Positions 1 through 9,000 of a DNA stretch of 15,892 nucleotides are shown in pieces. A program made the position numbers and the translations under genes. Below the pieces are notes generated by a model. That model was not told where the DNA came from. It did no database searches and saw only the letters and a program-made list of their open reading frames with translations. Each line of letters opens with the position of its first letter. Within the stretch, counting starts at the first letter, position 1. Origin of the DNA: Rhodothermales bacterium (GTDB lineage Bacteria; Bacteroidota; Rhodothermia; Rhodothermales; VXPQ01); the NCBI GenBank assembly GCA_040904565.1, contig JBBDTI010000090.1:1-15892 (forward strand), in the 5' to 3' direction.

Positions 1-55
1 CAATCGTGCCAATGTTGACGTGCGGTTTGCTCCGCTGAAAGGTCTCCTTAGCCAT
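1..55 (-). CDS. tuf: Elongation factor Tu, N-terminal fragment (runs off left edge)
   Basis: Not in the ORF track. Reverse complement from ATG at 55 reads MAKETFQRSKPHVNIGTI, the canonical EF-Tu N-terminus. It lies directly downstream of fusA. Confidence 0.97.
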   Translation of the reverse strand, partial: MAKETFQRSKPHVNIGTI

Positions 56-64
56 GACTGGGTG

Positions 65-69
65 CTCCT
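65..69 (-). promoter_or_regulatory. Shine-Dalgarno site of tuf
   Basis: AGGAG on the minus strand, 9 nt before the tuf ATG. Confidence 0.7.
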
Positions 70-125
70 GTTACCGGTGGTTGGTTGTCAATCTCTATGT
101 GCCCCGAGGATAACGGACGCGGCGG

Positions 126-2219
126 TTACGCCGCGACGGCCCCGGTGGCCGTTGCAATTACTTCTTCGGCGATGCTGCCCGGCACGTTGTCGTAGTGATC
201 GAACTGCATCGTATAGATGGCCCGTCCCTGCGTAATCGACCGAAGGTCGGTCGAGTAGCCGAACATCTCGGACAGCGGGACGAACGACTTGATAACCTGT
301 GCCTCCTGCCGCTGTCCCATACTCTCGATGCGGCCGCGCCTGCTGTTCAGGTCGCCGATGACGTCGCCCATATACTCTTCCGGCGTGACGACTTCGACGT
401 CCATGATGGGCTCCATCAGGACCGGCTTGGCCTTCCGCGCCGCATCGCGGAACGCCATGCGCCCCGCAATCTCGAACGCGTTCTGATCCGAGTCCACGTC
501 GTGGTACTTCCCGTCGTACAGACGGGCTACGATGCCCTCGATCGGATAGCCGGCCAGCGGGCCCTGCTCCAGGGCGGCCTTGATGCCTTTTTCGACCGAC
601 GGGATGAACTCGCGCGGGATGTTACCGCCCTTGATCTCGTCGATGAACTCGAACCCGACGCCATCTTCCTTTGGCATGAACTCGATGTACACTTCGGCGA
701 ACTGCCCGCGCCCACCCGTCTGCTTCTTGTGCACGTAGTGTTCGTCGTAGGAGGTCGTGATCGCCTCGCGGTAGGCTACCTGCGGGCGGCCCACGTTCGC
801 CTCCACCTTGAACTCGCGCTTCAGGCGGTCGACGATAATCTCTAGATGGAGCTCGCCCATCCCCGCGATGAGGGTCTGGCCCGTCTCATCGTCCGTGCGA
901 ACCTGAAACGTCGGATCCTCTTCGGCCAGCTTCATGAGCCCCTGCCCGAGCTTGTCGCTGTCCGCCTTCGTCTTCGGCTCGATGGCGATTCGAATAACCG
1001 GCTCGGGGAACACCATCCGCTCCAGCACGACCAGGTTGTCCGGGTCGCAGAGCGTATCACCCGTCCGCACGTCCTTCAGCCCGACCGCCGCGGCGATGTC
1101 GCCGGCCGTAACCTGGTCGACGTCTTCGCGGTGGTTGGCATGCATGAACAGGATGCGCCCGATGCGCTCTTTGTTCTCGGTCGTCGCGTTGTAGACCTGC
1201 GAGCCCTTCTTAAGCGTGCCGCTGTAGACGCGGAAGAACGTCAGCTTACCGACGTACGGGTCCGTCGCGATCTTGAACGCGATCGCGCTGAACGGCGCGT
1301 CCGGATCCGGAGCGCGATCCACTTTATCCTCCGTGCGCGGACGCACGCCCGTCACGGGCGGAACGTCGATCGGACTGGGAAGGTAATCGATCACGCCGTC
1401 GAGCAGGCGCTGAACGCCTTTGTTCTTGAAGGCCGATCCGCAGAAAACGGGCGTAATGTCGAGATTGATCGTCGCCTCGCGGACGACCGCCTTGATTTCC
1501 TCAGGCGTGATCGCGTCCCCTTCGAGGTACTTCATAAGGAGCGCGTCGTCATACTCCGCGATCGCCTCGAGCAGATTGATGCGCCAGTGACGCGCCTCTT
1601 TATGGAGATCCTTGGGCACGTCGATTTCATCCCAGGTGGAACCCTGCGACTCGTCGTGCCAGACGATGGCCTTATTGCCGATCAGGTCGATGACGCCTCG
1701 AAACATGTCGCCCTCACCGATCGGAATCTGCACCGGAACGGCATTCGCCTTCAGGCGGTCCTTCATCATCTGAACGGCCGCTTCGAAATCGGCGCCGGTC
1801 CGGTCCATTTTGTTGACGAACGCAATGCGCGGCACGCCGTACTTGTTGGCCTGGCGCCAGACGGTCTCCGACTGCGGCTCCACGCCGCCGACCGCGCAAA
1901 ACAGCGCGATCGCACCGTCGAGTACGCGCAGCGAGCGCTCCACCTCGATCGTGAAGTCGACGTGGCCCGGCGTATCGATGATGTTGATGCGATGGTCGGC
2001 CCAGAAGCAGGTCGTCGCGGCACTCGTAATCGTGATGCCGCGCTCCTTCTCCTGATCCATCCAGTCCATCGTCGCGCCACCTTCGTGCACCTCACCCATT
2101 CGGTGCAGGCGTCCCGTATAAAACAGGATGCGTTCCGTGGTCGTCGTCTTACCCGCGTCAATATGGGCCATGATGCCAATATTGCGGGTCTTGTCGAGCG
2201 GTAAGTTCTGGTCAGCCAT
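126..2219 (-). CDS. fusA: Elongation factor G (697 aa)
   Basis: G1 [43 protein letters not shown] motifs; position between rpsG and tuf. Confidence 0.99.
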   Translation of the reverse strand: MADQNLPLDKTRNIGIMAHIDAGKTTTTERILFYTGRLHRMGEVHEGGATMDWMDQEKERGITITSAATTCFWADHRINIIDTPGHVDFTIEVERSLRVLDGAIALFCAVGGVEPQSETVWRQANKYGVPRIAFVNKMDRTGADFEAAVQMMKDRLKANAVPVQIPIGEGDMFRGVIDLIGNKAIVWHDESQGSTWDEIDVPKDLHKEARHWRINLLEAIAEYDDALLMKYLEGDAITPEEIKAVVREATINLDITPVFCGSAFKNKGVQRLLDGVIDYLPSPIDVPPVTGVRPRTEDKVDRAPDPDAPFSAIAFKIATDPYVGKLTFFRVYSGTLKKGSQVYNATTENKERIGRILFMHANHREDVDQVTAGDIAAAVGLKDVRTGDTLCDPDNLVVLERMVFPEPVIRIAIEPKTKADSDKLGQGLMKLAEEDPTFQVRTDDETGQTLIAGMGELHLEIIVDRLKREFKVEANVGRPQVAYREAITTSYDEHYVHKKQTGGRGQFAEVYIEFMPKEDGVGFEFIDEIKGGNIPREFIPSVEKGIKAALEQGPLAGYPIEGIVARLYDGKYHDVDSDQNAFEIAGRMAFRDAARKAKPVLMEPIMDVEVVTPEEYMGDVIGDLNSRRGRIESMGQRQEAQVIKSFVPLSEMFGYSTDLRSITQGRAIYTMQFDHYDNVPGSIAEEVIATATGAVAA

Positions 2220-2277
2220 AATCTATCTCACTGTCTATCGTTCGTCACGGGCGCCGGCAGTCGCGCCGCTTCCGCTT

Positions 2278-2745
2278 CTAGAAGCGGAAATGTGCAAAGG
2301 CCTTGTTCGACTCGGCCATGCGGTGCGTGTCATCCTTCTTCTTCACGGACCCACCCTCACCGTTGGCCGCTGCCTGCAGCTCGTTGGCAAGGCGCATCGC
2401 AAAACTTTTGTCGTTGCGAGCCCGTGCGTACTGGATGATCCACCGGAACGCCAGAGCGACGCGGCGCTCGGGACGCACCTCAATGGGCACCTGATACGTG
2501 GCGCCACCTACGCGCCGGCTCCGCACCTCAACGAGCGGAGCGACGTTGTTCACCGCCTTCTTAAAGATGTCCAGACCCGGCTCGTCGCCGCGATCCTCGA
2601 TGATGTCGAACGCACTGTAGACGAGCCGCTGTGCGGTGCTCTTCTTGCCGTCGCTCATCACACTATTGATGAAGCGTCCGACGAGCTGATCGCCGTACAG
2701 CGAGTCTCCTGCAGTCCTGCGTGATTCCGCTCTGTTTCGTCGCAT
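2278..2745 (-). CDS. rpsG: 30S ribosomal protein S7 (155 aa; start corrected from 2811 to ATG 2745)
   Basis: MRRNRAE start, DGKKSTAQ, EVRSRRVGGATYQVP, HRMAESNKAFAHFRF. The 22 extra N-terminal residues in the ORF track are not S7-like. Confidence 0.98.
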   Translation of the reverse strand: MRRNRAESRRTAGDSLYGDQLVGRFINSVMSDGKKSTAQRLVYSAFDIIEDRGDEPGLDIFKKAVNNVAPLVEVRSRRVGGATYQVPIEVRPERRVALAFRWIIQYARARNDKSFAMRLANELQAAANGEGGSVKKKDDTHRMAESNKAFAHFRF

Positions 2746-2909
2746 AGTAGAAACCGATCCCTCGGAAGGCCGGAGGGTGTCGCGCTGCCAGCCGGCAACG
2801 TGCACCCCCACCGTCTCAATTCAGTCTAAGTCAGTGTGCGAAGCGGCAGGAAGGCGCCGCATAAAAGGGCCTCCATACCACGGTGTTTTTCGCAGCGCCC
2901 ACGCTGTGC

Positions 2910-3284
2910 TTACGTGCGCGGCCGCTTGGTGCCGTACTTCGATCGACCCTGCATTCGATCCTCCACGCCGGCCGTGTCCAGCGCACCACGGACGATGTGG
3001 TATTTCACGCCCGGAAGGTCCTTTACACGCCCGCCCCGTACGAGCACGATTGAGTGCTCCTGCAAGTTGTGCCCCTCGCCGGGAATGTAGGCGATCACCT
3101 CAAATCCGTTCGTCAGGCGCACCTTGGCCACCTTTCGAAGCGCCGAATTAGGCTTCTTCGGGGTCGTCGTGTAGACGCGCGTGCAGACCCCGCGCTTCTG
3201 CGGGCTGCCTGCCAGCGCGGCGGACTTGGTCTTCTTCGTCTTATTCGACCGCCCTTTTCGGACGAGCTGCTGAATCGTGGGCAC
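2910..3284 (-). CDS. rpsL: 30S ribosomal protein S12 (124 aa, GTG start)
   Basis: [44 protein letters not shown] motifs. Confidence 0.99.
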   Translation of the reverse strand: MPTIQQLVRKGRSNKTKKTKSAALAGSPQKRGVCTRVYTTTPKKPNSALRKVAKVRLTNGFEVIAYIPGEGHNLQEHSIVLVRGGRVKDLPGVKYHIVRGALDTAGVEDRMQGRSKYGTKRPRT

Positions 3285-3328
3285 GCTTCACTCTCGTTTG
3301 TCTAACAAATCATCTCAACCAGATCGCA

Positions 3329-3468
3329 CGGCCGACGCGCACGATGCATCGATGGCGCTCTCAATGTTGCTCGTCGAGGGCCGCCTAGAATAAGTCGGCC
3401 GGCTCCGGAGAACCGGCCTCTCGCTTGACTCCTAAGAACCATCTCTTCAGAGCCATCCTCAAGTCGCG
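3329..3468 (-). promoter_or_regulatory. Structured 5' leader of the str operon (three predicted hairpins)
   Basis: Hairpins paired by hand at 3422-3468, 3397-3418 (9 bp with C(UCCG)G loop) and 3329-3383, between the predicted promoter and the rpsL start. Confidence 0.5.
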
Positions 3469-3478
3469 TCAGCTTTGT

Positions 3479-3508
3479 AATATAGCGCAGGGCACCCCCT
3501 TTGTTCAA
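3479..3508 (-). promoter_or_regulatory. Putative sigma70-type promoter of the str operon
   Basis: Minus strand TTGAAC (3508-3503), 18-nt spacer, TATATT (3484-3479), with an AT-rich UP-like tract upstream (3509-3535). Predicted TSS near 3472. Confidence 0.65.
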
Positions 3509-3626
3509 AATAATCGGTTAAGAAAGGGTAAAAAGGTGCGCTTCTCCGGCGAATCCAGCCGAATCAATACGTAAATCAGATATAGCGTTATATATCGATA
3601 TATCAGATTGCCGGAACAAGAAGGGC

Positions 3627-3656
3627 AAAAAGAAGGGGCGAACCTTCGGTCGCCCC
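3627..3656 (-). terminator. Rho-independent terminator downstream of ftsH
   Basis: Minus strand GGGGCGACC-GAA-GGT(T)CGCCCC followed by TTCTTTTT, about 60 nt after the ftsH stop. Confidence 0.85.
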
Positions 3657-3717
3657 GCCGTCGTGCGGAAATCATCGTATGAACGAGCACGAACGGACCG
3701 CCGCCGGACGGGAGCGG

Positions 3718-5868
3718 CTAGGAAGCCCGTTCCCCGTCGGGGTTCTCCCCGTCCTCGAGATCGCCTACAACGTCGGCCTCTCCTCCAGGTTCGTCCTGCA
3801 CGTCTTTTTCATCCGAAGGGGATCCATCGCCGCCTACCTCGGACGGTTCGTCGGCGCTCGCGATCTTCTTGCCTGCCTCGTACTGTCCGTTAAACGAAAC
3901 GTATTCGCCATAGGGACGCGGGCCGAGGATTCCCACGAGATCCTTGGGGCCGAGCACCTCATTTTCCAACAGGGCCTGAGCCATCTCCTCGAGCTGGTCC
4001 CGCCTATCTTTGAGCAGATCGGTGGCGCGCGTGCGGATGTCGTCGATGATGACCTTGACTTCCTCGTCGATGATGCGGGCGGTCACGTCGGAGTACGGCT
4101 TGTTGAATACCGGAGCGTCCTTATCGCGATTGGATACGTTGTAGGAGACGTATCCAATGCGCTCGCTCATCCCGTAATCGACGACCATGGCGTAGGCCAT
4201 CTTCGTTATACGCTCGAGATCGTTCTGCGCACCGGTAGATACGCGTCCGAAGATAATATCCTCGGCGACGCGGCCGCCGATGGCCATCGTCATCCGGTCG
4301 AGCAGCGCCTCCTTCGTATACAGATACCGTTCTTCGGGGAGATACTGGGCGTAGCCGAGCGCAGCGAGTCCGCGAGGCACGATGGAGACCTTGACGACGG
4401 GGTCGGTGTATTCGAGGAACCAGCCGGCGATGGCGTGGCCCGACTCGTGATAGGCGACGATCTTGCGCTCTTCCGGCGAGATGATCTTATTCTTTTTCTC
4501 GAGGCCGGCAATGACCCGGTCGATCGCATGCTCAAAATCGACCATTTCGATCGACTCCTTATCCTCCCGCGCTGCCAGCAGGGCTGCTTCGTTGCACACG
4601 TTGGCGATCTCCGCCCCGGCGAATCCGGGCGTTTGCCCGGCAAGGACCTCCATATTGACGTCATCATGAAGCAGCAGCTGCCGCGTGTGCACGTCGAAGA
4701 TCTGAGCGCGCTCTCGACGGTCGGGCTTGTCGATAAGAATCTGGCGATCGAAGCGACCGGGGCGCAGCAGGGCGGTGTCGAGGACGTCCGGCCGGTTCGT
4801 GGCCGCCATAATGATGACGCCCTTATCGGTGTTAAAGCCGTCCATCTCGACCAGCAGCTGGTTGAGCGTGTTCTCCCGCTCGTCGTTGGCGCCCATCATC
4901 ATCCCACGGCCGCGGGAACGCCCGATGGCATCGATCTCGTCGATAAAGATGATGCACGGCGCCTTTTCCTTGGCCTGCTTGAAGAGGTCGCGGACGCGCG
5001 CCGCGCCGACGCCGACGAACATCTCGACGAAATCGGACCCCGACAGCGAGAAAAACGGCACGCCGGCTTCCCCCGCTACGGCCTTGGCCAGAAGCGTCTT
5101 GCCCGTACCGGGCGGACCCACGAGCAGGACGCCCTTGGGAAGCTTGCCGCCGAGCTTGGTGAACTTCTTCGGGTTTTTGAGGAAATCGACGACCTCGAAG
5201 ACCTCTTCCTTGGGTTCGTCGAGACCGGCGACGTCTTTAAATGTAAGCTGCTGATCGCCGAGCGCGTCGAATAGTACCGCCTTGTTTTTTCCGATGTTGA
5301 GCACCTGCGAGCCGGGATTCATCCGGCGGATGAGGAACACCCACAGCGCGATGATGATGGCGAGAGGAAGGATCCACGTCATGATCCCGCCGAACCAGTT
5401 CTCTTCGGTCCGAGCCGAGAACTCGACGATCTCGCCGTCCGCCTCGCCGGCCTGCTCGTTGTAGTCGCGCAAGAAATCCGTCAGGTCGTGGTCGCTCGGC
5501 TTCGTGCTCGTAAACGTCAGCGGCGACTCGGGCGCGGCATTCGTGAAGAGGTCCTGACGAGGCTGGGCAACCTGCACGTGTCCCTGCCGGACCGCGCTCT
5601 CGCTATAGGTCCCTTCGATCTTCCGATCGTTGATGACGGCAACGTTGTCGATGTAGCCCTCCTCGACGTATTCGAGGAAGGTGCTGTAATCGATCGTATT
5701 GGGATCGTCTCCACCCCAGAAGATGAAGAAATGCACGAGCAGCGCCAGAAATATCGCCAGGTAGATCCACAGCGAGAATTTCGGCTTTCGGTCGGACAGG
5801 TTGGGACCGCCCCCGCCGGATTCACGGTCGCGGTTCATCTTGAGATTATTGCGCTCGTCTTGCGCCAT
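3718..5868 (-). CDS. ftsH: ATP-dependent zinc metalloprotease FtsH (716 aa)
   Basis: Two N-terminal TM segments, Walker A GPPGTGKT, pore motif FVG, Walker [31 protein letters not shown], zinc motif HESGH, TGAQNDL. Confidence 0.98.
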   Translation of the reverse strand: MAQDERNNLKMNRDRESGGGGPNLSDRKPKFSLWIYLAIFLALLVHFFIFWGGDDPNTIDYSTFLEYVEEGYIDNVAVINDRKIEGTYSESAVRQGHVQVAQPRQDLFTNAAPESPLTFTSTKPSDHDLTDFLRDYNEQAGEADGEIVEFSARTEENWFGGIMTWILPLAIIIALWVFLIRRMNPGSQVLNIGKNKAVLFDALGDQQLTFKDVAGLDEPKEEVFEVVDFLKNPKKFTKLGGKLPKGVLLVGPPGTGKTLLAKAVAGEAGVPFFSLSGSDFVEMFVGVGAARVRDLFKQAKEKAPCIIFIDEIDAIGRSRGRGMMMGANDERENTLNQLLVEMDGFNTDKGVIIMAATNRPDVLDTALLRPGRFDRQILIDKPDRRERAQIFDVHTRQLLLHDDVNMEVLAGQTPGFAGAEIANVCNEAALLAAREDKESIEMVDFEHAIDRVIAGLEKKNKIISPEERKIVAYHESGHAIAGWFLEYTDPVVKVSIVPRGLAALGYAQYLPEERYLYTKEALLDRMTMAIGGRVAEDIIFGRVSTGAQNDLERITKMAYAMVVDYGMSERIGYVSYNVSNRDKDAPVFNKPYSDVTARIIDEEVKVIIDDIRTRATDLLKDRRDQLEEMAQALLENEVLGPKDLVGILGPRPYGEYVSFNGQYEAGKKIASADEPSEVGGDGSPSDEKDVQDEPGGEADVVGDLEDGENPDGERAS

Positions 5869-6090
5869 ATCGACGGATCATGCTAATCGGGATGCGTGCC
5901 GTGACGTTCTCGTCCGGCGAAACGGGAACCCTACGGACGTGGATATGCCGACGTGCCGATGGAGAAACGCAGAAGGGACGCTCAAACTTCCCTCGCGGGG
6001 TTGATCGTGCCCAACCACCAAAATGGGGGTTGGTTCCTAATCGGGCTGGAGAGGCGGACCCCCGGATGGGCATACACCGACGTACCGGCG

Positions 6091-9000
6091 TCAGGGTGCA
6101 TCGATCGGCACGACCTGTGCGCCGGCCCCGTACTCGTCCCGGTGCTCTTCCAGCGCACGGGCAGCCGCCTCCGGCCCGGCGAACTGTCCGACTGCCGCCC
6201 GGTAGATCGTCGTGCCGCCCAGGCTCATCTCGAGGACGCCGGCCTGGTATCCCTTCGCGCGGTACTCGGCGACGACGGCATCGATGCGATCCCGTTCTTC
6301 GCCGGCGTCGAGAACGATCGTGTAGCCACCCTCCTCGGGAAGGATCGCTTTCTCGCTCCACAGTGCCGTCGAGTCGGCCGGCACCGACGTAGCGTCATCC
6401 GCCGTCGTCGGCACCTCGGTCGTGTCTGCAGGGAGAGCACCTGCAAGGACCGAGTCCGACGGCGGAGCAAATAAGGAATCGGCCAGCAGCGAACCTACCG
6501 CGCCCCACGTCGATGTGGCGGCAAGCATCGACCGAACGGCAGCCGAATCGAGAGGCGGCGCTTCCATCTCCCGCAGCTTTCGTTCGAGGGCATCGAGCAT
6601 ATCCCCGGCCTGTTCGGCGTACGGGGTAGAAGGATACCGTTCTCGTACGCTGGCATACAGCGTCTTCAGGTAAACGGCATTATCCTGAGCGGCGGCGATG
6701 AGGCCCGATGTGGTGATCGTGGAGTCGGCCTCGAGCGAATCCGACCGCTGGGCGACGGCGAGGGAATCGTCAGCCGTCGTCGCGGGGTCATCGCCAGGAT
6801 CATCCGCGGGCACGGCGCTCGAATCCGCGGCAGCACCGGTGAGGAGCGAATCCGAGGCAGCATCGGTGAGGGTCGAATCCGCGGCAGCACCGGTGGGGGT
6901 CGAATCCGCGATGCCGTCGACTACATCCTCTGTATCTCGACGCCCGTCATTCTCTAATGTGCTGCCCGGATCGCCGCCCGAGTCACGCTCCATATCGCGA
7001 TGAAGATCGTCGTCGAGCTCGGCGTCGTCGGGGGATATCTCATTGCGGCCGTCCACGAGCAGCTCCTCGTCATCACGTGCCGGCTCGTCGCGGAAACGGT
7101 CGGACGGTGCCGTGTTGCCGGCCGGATCCTCGCCCTCGTCTTGAAGCTCGACGCGGCGTCGCGGCGCCTCATCCGCCGGCGGGGGGACGCCGTCGGCCTG
7201 CCCGCTCGCGACGCTATCCTCGCTCTGGGAGGATGCCGTCGAGTCAGCCCGCGGACTCTCTGCCCGCTTCAAGAGTCCGGCCGCCTTCAGCAGGGAGTCC
7301 GATACGGTGATCGGAAGCGGTGCAAAGACGTCCAGTGAGTCCTCATCGGCCCATTCCAGATAGATGCGGCCGGCCGCCAGCAGCGCCTTAGGCGCCACAT
7401 TCGTCTTGGGATACCGCGCAGCCACCACCACCATACTGTCCAGCGCCCCGGCATAGAAGCCCTGCCGCCACCGCGCGAAGGCCTCGTCATAGTCCGACAT
7501 GGCTATGGTGAGGCTGTCTATCGATGCGGGTTGATCCATTCCCAGCTGCTCGCGAACTCGCCCGGCGAAGTCGGAGTCGGGATATTCGCGCAGCACCTGT
7601 TCGTAGATCTGACGCGCGGCGGCGGTATCACCGAGGGAGCGCTGCACTTCGGCCAGTGCGTAATAGGCTCTCCGGGCCACCTCTTCGTCGGCATCCTCCT
7701 CGATAACCCGTCGATACCACGTAGCGGCGGAATCGGGCCGGTCCATCGCTAGAAAGAGGACGTTGCCCAGCTCGTACCGGGCCAGGGCACGTTCCGTCTT
7801 CATGTCTGCCTGCGACGCGGAATCCCGGGGTACCTCCGAGTAATCGATCGGAGGAAGCTGTGAGGATTGGGCCGCCTGATCGACCGCTTCCAGATCGGTG
7901 CCCGCGAGCGGGCCCGTCTCGGCCCCGGCAGAGGCAGCGATCGCGGCAGTGCGTCGCCAGTTGGGAAGGCGGGGCCGCTCACCCCATTGCGCGATGAAGT
8001 TCATACGGGCTTCCTGCACGCGAACGGGGTCGCGGTGAAAGAGGAAGCCGGCCTGTCCCGTATTTTGCGCGGCGGAGCTGGACGTCGATGCGGCGCCCGC
8101 CGACCGCCCGGCCGCATCCTGAAATCCACGTTCCGCCTGACGCTGCGCGGCCAGCCGCTGCTGCTCGGCCAGGTCCTCGGCGCGCTGTCGGCGCATTTCC
8201 AGGATACGCTCCTGGAACGCTTTTTCGTCCAGCTGCCCAAGCTCGAGCAGCGAGTCCATTCGCGCGATCCGAACCCGTACGTCCGCAAAGCTCTTGAACG
8301 TCTCGGCCTGCCGCGGTGCATCCGTTATCGCTTCAGGGGCGTACTTCGGAACGGAACTGGCGCGAGTGCTCTGGACGCGGGACGAGAACGCCGTGCGGGC
8401 CGAGTCGAAATGTGCCGACGCCACCGTATAATCCTGAAACTCGTCGCGGTACAGCTCGGCCAGGGCGTAGTGGAGACGGCCCCGCAGGTCACCGACCTGC
8501 GCCTCCGGATCGTAGAGGATCTCACGGTACATCGACCGGGCATCCTCGGCCTGGCCCCGGGCCTGGTAGATCCGACCGCGAACGTAGGCGAGCTCGAATC
8601 GGTTCGCATAGTTCTTGTCGTCCCGTTCCAGACGGCGGAGCTGGTCGAGTGCCTGCGACGGGTCGAGGTGCAGGCCCTGAACGCGGACGGCGCTCACGTT
8701 AGCAGCATAGGCCAGCTCGTAGCGCGGGTGGGCCGTCGGCACGCGCCGGTACGCGTCGACGGCTTCCTCGTACCGTCCGAGCGTTTCGTAAACCTGCCCG
8801 AGCAGGAACGTCGTCTTCGCCTCGATCTCATTGTCGCGGACGTCCTCCATTCCGCGCTCCAGTTCTACGGCCGCATCCTCAAACGACTCGAGGCGAGTCA
8901 GGAGCTCCCCCAGCGCGATGCGAAGCTGCGGCTCGTAGCGCTCGGACACATCCTCCAGTTCCAGACTGCTGATGAGATGCCCGCGGGCGTCGTCATAAGC

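Noticed and set aside
86-91. Perfect TTGACA on the minus strand upstream of tuf
   Set aside because: No -10-like hexamer at 16-18 nt spacing (GGAGCA lies there), so an internal tuf promoter cannot be supported.
195-2204. Long plus-strand ORFs (216 aa, 452 aa) antisense to fusA
   Set aside because: Shadow ORFs in register with a GC3-biased gene; no recognisable motifs.
2746-2811. 22-aa N-terminal extension of S7 in the ORF track
   Set aside because: The conserved S7 start is MRR at 2745; the extension is translated spacer.
2910-3284. Possible streptomycin-resistance alleles in rpsL
   Set aside because: PKKPNS and RVKDLPG are wild-type at the usual Lys42/Lys87 positions.
3302-3690. Small ORFs of 68 and 61 aa between ftsH and rpsL
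   Set aside because: They run across the predicted promoter, terminator and leader hairpins, and show no protein-like features.
3679-5274. 531-aa plus-strand ORF antisense to ftsH
   Set aside because: Antisense shadow of a conserved gene in a high-GC genome; no motifs or start signals.
5879-5886. TTAGCA upstream of ftsH resembling a CIRCE half-site
   Set aside because: Only 6 nt match and the second arm of TTAGCACTC-N9-GAGTGCTAA is absent.
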